From: Eledone cirrhosa | Lineage: Eukaryota | DNA length: 64,000 nt | Direction of reading: 5' to 3' | Assembly (NCBI GenBank): GCA_964016885.1 | Contig: OZ024746.1 | Location: 99,386,001 to 99,450,000, forward strand | In this document: piece after piece, positions 53,960 to 64,000 of the stretch | Layout of the letters: every line of letters begins with the position of its first letter | Position numbering within the stretch: position 1 is the first letter of the stretch | Notes under the pieces: generated by a model | What the model was told of the DNA's origin: nothing | Databases searched by the model: none | The model's input: only the letters and a program-made list of their open reading frames with translations | Translations under genes and position numbers: made by a program

Positions 53960-54378
53960 CTATCTCTCTCACCAAAATCAACATACTGATTGCGGATTTA
54001 GTACGGGTGATGAGGAACGTATCCCGCATGTGCAACCCCAAAGAACTAGAGAGACACATACAACACTTCATCCACCGTATGCAGTTCTCTGGTTACAATC
54101 AGAGAGATAAAATCAGACTATATAGAGGAGCCAGAACCAAATGGGAAAAAATGGTAAATAATGATACAAATGGGACCTGCCCCTTGTATAGGAGAACATT
54201 TTGGAATAGAATAGAAAGAACTAGGAACAAGGCTAATAGAATAAACTCATGGTATGATAGCAATAAATACCAGAGTGTAATGTTTATCAATACAACCCCT
54301 AGAGATGAATTAGCTTACAAATTTAGAAGGGCTCTAGATAAACTTAATATTAAGATAGTAGAAAGACCAGAAACGAAA
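53960..54378 (+). mobile_element. Thumb/linker segment of a Penelope-like element, opposite in orientation to the adjacent RT
   Basis: KINILIADLVRVMRNVS...RMQFSGY...PLYR...W...WY...SVMFINTTP...IKIVER, typical of the region following PLE RT; ends at (TA)n. Confidence 0.75.
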
Positions 54379-54598
54379 TATATATATATATATATATATA
54401 TCAAGTTTAATATAGAAATGGCTTCTACAGAACTAGAACTGTTTCATTCAAAAGAAATAACCAGGAAAGATTTCTTGATGATTTCTTTTGAATGAAAGAG
54501 TTCTAGTCCTGTAGAAGCCATTTTTACATTAAACTTGATGTTTACCCTCTACTAATGTATTGGGTATCTTACTAACTGTGGTCACACGCACATATATA

Positions 54599-54903
54599 CA
54601 GTGTATCCCCGGCATTCACGATCCAGGTTATTCGCGGAGTTATCCTTCGAACAGAACTAATAATTGTTCATGGAAACCACCGCATATTCACGGAATCGTA
54701 AATATCTTCCGCGATTTTTTTAATGGCTTTTTTTTGTGGTAATATATATTTTTAAGGCTAAATTATTAATAACAATTTACCGTATTTGCCGTTGACGTTT
54801 AGAGTCATTTTTATGGACCACGACCAATATTCAATATTCGCCTTTTTTCACTCTTCGTAGGTGCTCTAGGAACGTAACCCCAACGAGTACCGGGGGACAA
54901 TTG
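54599..54903. mobile_element. Tigger-like MITE (related copy 45007-45447 in the last SLC7A9-like intron)
   Basis: TA|CAGTGTATCCCCGG...CCGGGGGACAATTG|TA; internal sequence shared with the 45.0-45.45 kb copy. Confidence 0.7.
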
Positions 54904-54920
54904 TATATATACATATGTAA

Positions 54921-55027
<107 letters not shown>

Positions 55028-55104
55028 GTATACATATATATATATCTATATATATGTATATATATGTATATATATATATATATGTATATATATGTATATA
55101 TATG

Positions 55105-55137
<33 letters not shown>

Positions 55138-55138
55138 G

Positions 55139-55185
<47 letters not shown>

Positions 55186-55214
55186 GTATATATATGTGTA
55201 TATATATATATATG

Positions 55215-55245
<31 letters not shown>

Positions 55246-55324
55246 GTATATATATGTGTATATATATATATATGTATATATATATATGTATATATATATA
55301 TATGTATATATATGTATACATATG

Positions 55325-55357
<33 letters not shown>

Positions 55358-55400
55358 GTATATATATATGTATATATATATATGTATATATATATATATG

Positions 55401-55491
<91 letters not shown>

Positions 55492-55548
55492 GTATATATA
55501 TATGTATATATATATGTGTATATATATATGTATATATATATGTATATA

Positions 55549-55628
<80 letters not shown>

Positions 55629-55778
55629 AACAAGTAAGACCCCGACGGCTGAGCTCAAGCCGTTTCGACGGCTAATTCTGTCGGGGTCTTACTTGTTCCT
55701 ATTACCCACTCTACTACCCTAAGTATTGAGTACTTTGGTGCGTTATGGTCCACCTGGTTCCTTACCACATTTCCTTCG

Positions 55779-55894
<116 letters not shown>

Positions 55895-55913
55895 GTGTAT
55901 ATATATGTATATA

Positions 55914-55969
<56 letters not shown>

Positions 55970-56699
55970 TTTGAATGGATACAGTTTAGTTGAAAGGAAT
56001 TTATTGACACGTGTTTCTATAACAGTTACATAACCTAAAACAGCTGCTATCTACAAACTTTTAGTTATGCAGACATTCAATATTTCAATGTTATTATTTA
56101 CTGTCATTTCATCAGAATAATATTACTGAGGACCTATTTAGTTTTTATAGAGAATATTAGGAGGGAGGGGTGAAGTTGTTAGAAGAATAGTTGAAGGAGT
56201 GGTTTTTCGATAGCAGTGAGAATTCTTGGTGGCAGTGAGTAATTAGATTCCCATCTGTTGTTTTGACATTTTTTATAGAATATATTATTGGTTATTTTTC
56301 TAAATCTATAGAAGGATTAGAGATAGTAAAGATATGCGTGGTTGGTTTTGTGTTTGCACTTAATTAACATTCAGACTTAAATTTTTCTTTCAAGTGTACG
56401 TATCCTTTCACCCACGCATTCACACACAAATATATTTGCACACCTCTACAAAATACATATACTCACAATTTACATATTCATACTTACATATATATACACA
56501 TGCATACACATATATATACACACATGTATTCATGTACATACAATGTGTATACATTTTCATACTCAACTTATCTTTATATACACATGTATAGACACACACA
56601 TATATACATACTTACTCTAGGCCATGTGTACACACATACACATACATACACATCCATATACACATATATACATACATATACATATATATATACATATAC

Positions 56700-56748
<49 letters not shown>

Positions 56749-57063
56749 TATACATATATATATACACATATATATAAGCACTTTAATACATGAATACACT
56801 TACATCTAACTATACACATCAAACATATATATATATTTACTTATTTATATACATTTTCACATATATATACATACTTATGGACGTTTTTAGACACATTCAT
56901 TATCGCATATTTGCACCTATTCTCATCAGCATATCTTTCCATTATTAGTGTGGTAATGTAAGGTTATTAATATATGTTGAGAAGAGATTGTTTTTATATT
57001 TTTCTAACTAGATTAAGGTTTATATAGTTGGGGGATGTCCCTCTTTTATGTAATATTCGGCTG

Positions 57064-57126
<63 letters not shown>

Positions 57127-57422
57127 GTATATATATATATGTATATATATATATGTATATATATATATGTATATATATATATATTTATATATATATATGT
57201 ATATATAAATTCAGCGAGAATCGCATTTCGGCGGGTAGAAAAAGCGAAACGTAACGCAAATTCCGAGTCATGCTGGCAAGCGCTCCATGGGCTAAAAGAC
57301 CAGAGCAATAAACATAGGTTATAAAGGCCATACAAACTGAGAAGGCGGTCAAGGAGCCATAAACCACCTAAGCCAAAAAACAAGTCAAGCTAAACAGGTC
57401 AGACAAAATAAATGACATATTC

Positions 57423-57456
<34 letters not shown>

Positions 57457-57521
57457 ATATATAACAAACCTGGACCCTTAGAATTGATATATATATATAT
57501 ATATACACACACAGATGTGTG

Positions 57522-57562
<41 letters not shown>

Positions 57563-57885
57563 GAGAGAGAGAGAGGGAGGTATTTATGTGTACTGAAAAG
57601 AAGGCAGAACATTTCGTTGCAAACCGAGAAACTATTACGAAACAAAACTAAAGAATTCTGTAAGTTCTCTTCCCTATTCGCTTTGTAGAAGCTACCAGCC
57701 TGCATTTCACTACACAATACCATGGATTATATCAAGGGACGGAGGACAGGAAAAAATTCAATATGTATTGACGAGAAAATTATATATAACATGCTTTTAA
57801 CATTTGTCTAAATCAATATACTGGATACGTTATGTTCTTAGCGAGACATTTACTAACCCATTACTTATCTAAACATTATTTAGCA

Positions 57886-57931
<46 letters not shown>

Positions 57932-57967
57932 CATACATACATATGCATGTATATACATACATATATA

Positions 57968-59550
<1,583 letters not shown>

Positions 59551-59726
59551 TCTTTAACTATTATTACTCCAAGTATAACCTGCATAGAAATTACCGCGAC
59601 CTCGCTGCATAACTATGGAAACATCTTGTTGAGTCAAACTAAGCCGTACGTTAAAACCATCCGCAACACGGAGTACTCTAACTGGACTACTTCTAATTGG
59701 ATCACCTATAACGATAACTTGTTATC

Positions 59727-59785
<59 letters not shown>

Positions 59786-60224
59786 TGTATGTATAGTATA
59801 TTTAGCAATATACCGTGTATTTAATTAAAAACATTTAGAAAACCATACGCTATCAGTTTTAAAGTAGTGACTAAGTCACTTCTTTTCGGCGAAATAAGGG
59901 AACGAAGCTGACAGTCTGTTTCACGCTGGTTGGCGTTCATCATAGCCGCGTATTGCTATGCTTTCGCCGAAAATTATAGAAGCTGGATTCTTATAGAATT
60001 CCAGTAATAATCAGGAGCTGATTATACAGAGCGATTGACGGTCCAGCAAAAATTAGGTATTAGGATTGGTGCTCTGAAATAGCGATGTATACATGAATGT
60101 ATATATAGTAGATTTGGCAATATACCGTATGTTTTATTAAAAACATTTAAAAGACCATACGCTATCAGTTTTAAAGTAGTGACTATGTCACTTACTTCTT
60201 TTCGGCGAAAGCAGGGGAGTACGT

Positions 60225-60266
60225 GGCTCTGATGAACGCCAACCAGCGTGAAACAGACTGTCAGCT
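60225..60266 (+). ncRNA. Canonical type I hammerhead (inverted C3-mutated copy at 59906-59947 on minus)
   Basis: GGCT-CTGATGA-ACGC CAACCA GCGT-GAAA-CAG A CTG-TC^AGCT. Confidence 0.85.
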
Positions 60267-60284
60267 TGTCTCCCTTCTTTCGCC

Positions 60285-60341
<57 letters not shown>

Positions 60342-62490
60342 CTAGGGAATGTAACGTCACGTTACTGTAGGTTCACGAGAGTGAGCACTCGATGTGTAGT
60401 TTCCAATAGGTATATTGGTGTTGTACTAAGCAGAGTGTAATACCAGAAGGTAGACGTGCTTTTGATTCCACAGTCTGGGGAGATCGATACAGATCGTACC
60501 TTGAGCTGATCCATCGCGAAACGTGCATCACACCTCACTAAACGTAATGATCATTTAACACCTCACCCATTTTATTATATATATATTACATAATTCACAT
60601 TCTGGGTTTTTATTGACCAAAATTATTTTGAGAGCAATCCTTATACAGCGCTGTAAACTTTAGCATCTACTGAGTATTCTAGATATCTGTGTTCAGAGTT
60701 TTAGTTTTTCTCTTCGTGGGATAAATTTACATCACTTTTAGATCTGGAGTAATACAAAAAATCCTATTGCTTATTTCATACTTCTGACCTTGTAAATAGC
60801 AAAAGTGTATAAATAAACAACCTTTGCAAAACTGTTAAAATGCTGTGAAATTCTTATGTAAAACGGCAATGTGAAGCAAAAAAAACAAACAAAAAAAAAC
60901 GAAAGAAAAACATAGTACAACAACAACAACAAAAAATACATTAAAAAAACGAAAGAAAAAACTTATAGTCTATAGATTAATCTACTGTTTTTCCTTCTTT
61001 TCTTTCGCTCTTTACATGAGTTATTTCCATAGCAAAATGTTGGGGGTGGTTCTGATCTGAACATCTATTTCCAAAATTCATTCTTTTGAGATATCTTTTA
61101 ATGCCATAAAACAAAAACAAAGATACAAATCTGTTTTCCCAATGACAGTAACTATCCGAAGAATTCATCGTATTCTCTTAATAATGGTTTCTACTTTAGG
61201 CACAAGGCCAATAATTTGGCGGGAGGGGGAAAGTCGATTAAATCAACCCCAGTACGTTACTGGTGCTTTATTTTATCGACCCCGTAAGGAAGAAACGCAC
61301 AGCTAACCTCGACAAGATTTGAACTCAGATCGTAAAGGGACGTAACTTTATGCCATAAAGCATGTTGACCGCCCTTACTTTTGCCATTAATATTGGTTTC
61401 TGATTGAGGCACAAGGCCAAACATTTTGGCGGAGGGGAAAGTCGATTAAATTGATTCAGTACATTACTGGTACTTATTATATCAAGATGGAATAAGTACC
61501 AGTACATTATTAGTACTTATTTTATCAAGACAGAATGGCTCTTCCAGTGCATCTCTTTTACCATCCTCCGATGAAACGCCTTCTCCATTCTGTCCGCCGG
61601 GGCTGTGGGGCAGCCAGCACATGGGACCCCATTTGCTCACTATTCAGAGAGATGGGGGCCATGACTGGGAGTTCGGCTCTTCCGTGTTCGGACACATTGC
61701 ACCTGTCATGTGGATCACGTGAGAGAATGTTGTCATCATAATTACAGATATAACTTTATCATATATGTCGGCTGCTTAGCGAACAGCCACCTCTCTCTAT
61801 ATACACATGAGTTCATTTTCCAGTCTCCTTCTCAACAAGGAAGATGAAACCCTTCATTTTAAATCTTTAATTTTTAGTTTTTAATCCTTATTAATACTTT
61901 TTAATTGTAATACTTTTATCGACCCTGTAAGGATGAAAGGCAAAGCTAACCTCGGCGGGATCTGAACTCAGAGCGTAAAGGGACGTAACTGTATGCCGCC
62001 CAGCATGGTGTCTGACACTCTACTAATACTGCCAATCCACCGCCGTTCTCTTAATTTGGCTAAGTATTAACGACATGTCAGACACCTAATTATTTCTGGC
62101 TGTGAAGATTTCTATTCCATCATCACCTTTATTAGAGTGATGACAAGTTACTATATACAAGTATACAGGATGGATCCTTCGTCAGTTTCGTTGATGAGCA
62201 TGCAGTTGTTCGATCAACTGGAAGTTGTAATGAATGTGTCATGGCGCCTGGTTACCAATTATTATACGGGTATATGGTGTGCGTACATTTATATGTATGT
62301 ATGTATGTATATATAGTATTAATTATACTATTTATGGTTATGCAAATACAAAAACCTTTTGTAGTTATATATATTTTTATAAACCCTAAATAGTGGTAGG
62401 CAGTAATATATTACTACCTTATTACCAGTAAGTTAAATAGCTCAATGTAATAACATCAGATGATTTACAGAGCAGTTATATGAATTATAA

Positions 62491-64000
62491 GAATCAAAGA
62501 ATAATAAGGACAAACAATTTATTCAATTTGATATCAATTCATACTACACCTCTATTTCCCCTATCCTATTAAATAAGGCACTAATCATGGCCATGAACAA
62601 TAGCGACCTGACTAGAGCCCAGATTGATGTCATCCTTGCGGCTCGTAAAACCATAATCACCTTCGAGGACCAACTATGGACCCGCAAGGATACGTACAAC
62701 AACTTCGACATAACCATGGGATCTAGTGACTCGGCGCAGGTCACTGATTTGGTCGGCCTATACTTACTTAATGAAATCCATAAGGACCTCCCATACCTCA
62801 ACGGTGGTTTGTACTGCGATGATGCACTTCTACTTATAGAATATAAAAAATTCAATATAGAAAGAACTAGAAAACTATTGCACAAGACATTCAAAAACTT
62901 TAACCTTAGTATCACCATGGACAAAAACACTAACAATGTTAACTTCCTAGACGCCACACTATACCTAGACTCAAAAATATATACACCTTTCCATAAGCCT
63001 AACGAAAAACTCATTTACGTGGATACCAAGTCTAACCACCCTAGATCAATATTAAACTCTATCTCTAAGGGGGTATCCAATAGAATCTCTAATCTATCCT
63101 ATGACGCAAACATATTTAGCAAAAACTCGCAATATTATAATCAAGCATTAGCTAGATCCGGCCATAATATAGAGATTGAGTTCCTACCTAAGAAAACACA
63201 TAGCTACAACATCATTTCGCACAATATGTCCATGGGGAAACCTAGTAATATGAATAGCAACCACACGCACACTAAAGCGGAGGGTGCCACCAAAAGTAAC
63301 CATTACCACAGAATCTACCGTAGTAGCTTAGGAGGAAACAACACACCAGACACTAAAAACAAAAATAGAAGAAGAAATAATACATTTTTCAACCCTCCTT
63401 TCAACCTAAACATCTCCACCAACATACCTAGGGCTTTCTTCTCACTACTAGATAAAAACTTCCCTCTAGGACACAAGTACCATAACCTTTTAAACAAAAA
63501 CACTATTAAAATCTCATACTCTACGACGCCTAACTTAGCATACCACATAGCTAGCAGCAATAAAAGTAAAATTAATTCTTACTTCCAACAAACGAAATCA
63601 CAACAGGAGGTAAACCTTCAAAATACCTCTGTAGCAAGCAACCCTAATAACGGCAGTAATAATGGAAATAACACTAGTATAAGAAATAACACCGGGGTCG
63701 ACAACCCGAATGTCCAAAATTCTATAGCTACCACCCGGACTTCTGCACTGCATTATAACCAGCAGACTAACACCCAGGATAATTGTAACTGTAGAGCTAA
63801 TAGAACCTGCCCTTTAGATAAAAAATGCCTAACCAAGGATATCATATACTCATGCACCGTCACAACAAGCAACTCTTCAGAAACCTATGTAGGCTCCACT
63901 TCTAACTGCTTCAAAATCAGATATAATTCGCACATCCACTCGTTCAAAAAACACAGTCTAGCCAACTCCACCTCACTATCTAGCTACATACACTATCTAA
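62491..64000 (+). mobile_element. 5'-truncated Penelope-like retroelement (Naiad-type): uninterrupted RT, thumb, zinc knuckle and GIY-YIG ORF running off the window end
   Basis: Manual translation of frame 1 shows no stop for ~503 codons: FDINSYYTSIS, FDITMGSSDSAQVTDLVGLYLL, GLYCDD, NFLDATL, SNHP, FNPPF, CNCR...CPL..KCL, IIYSC...YVGST...FKIRY..H..SF. Absent from the ORF track because it has no stop in the window. Confidence 0.92.

Noticed and set aside
62544-63014. Minus-strand 156-aa ORF (also 63315-63560, and the plus-strand ORFs 52559-52903 and 5968-6462)
   Set aside because: Antisense shadows of retroelement coding sequence.
62491-64000. Selenocysteine-recoding Naiad
   Set aside because: No in-frame TGA in the visible ORF, and the 3' UTR is outside the window.

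Overview
AT-rich eukaryotic DNA made almost entirely of (TA)n/(CA)n microsatellites and mobile elements; the SINE families resemble octopod cephalopod repeats (inference). The only host gene I can support is the last four coding exons of an SLC7A9/b(0,+)AT-like amino acid transporter on the minus strand (49505 to 44906); its upstream exons were not found in the window. The rest is Penelope-like retroelements (an uninterrupted ~500-codon Naiad-type RT+GIY-YIG ORF running off the right edge and missing from the ORF track, an internally inverted second PLE, and decayed copies), R4/Dong and RTE LINE fragments, about 20 tRNA-derived SINEs and several DNA-transposon MITEs. The main hidden signal is about 30 type I hammerhead ribozyme motifs, intact or decayed, from more than 10 unrelated sequence families. 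Many are minimal with palindromic stem III, several show compensatory base changes, and nearly all sit in short elements inserted in (TA)n. These elements occur as more-than-one-unit head-to-tail repeats (retrozyme-like, units of about 310-540 nt) or as long fold-back palindromes. All structures and coordinates were derived by eye; nothing was computed or searched.
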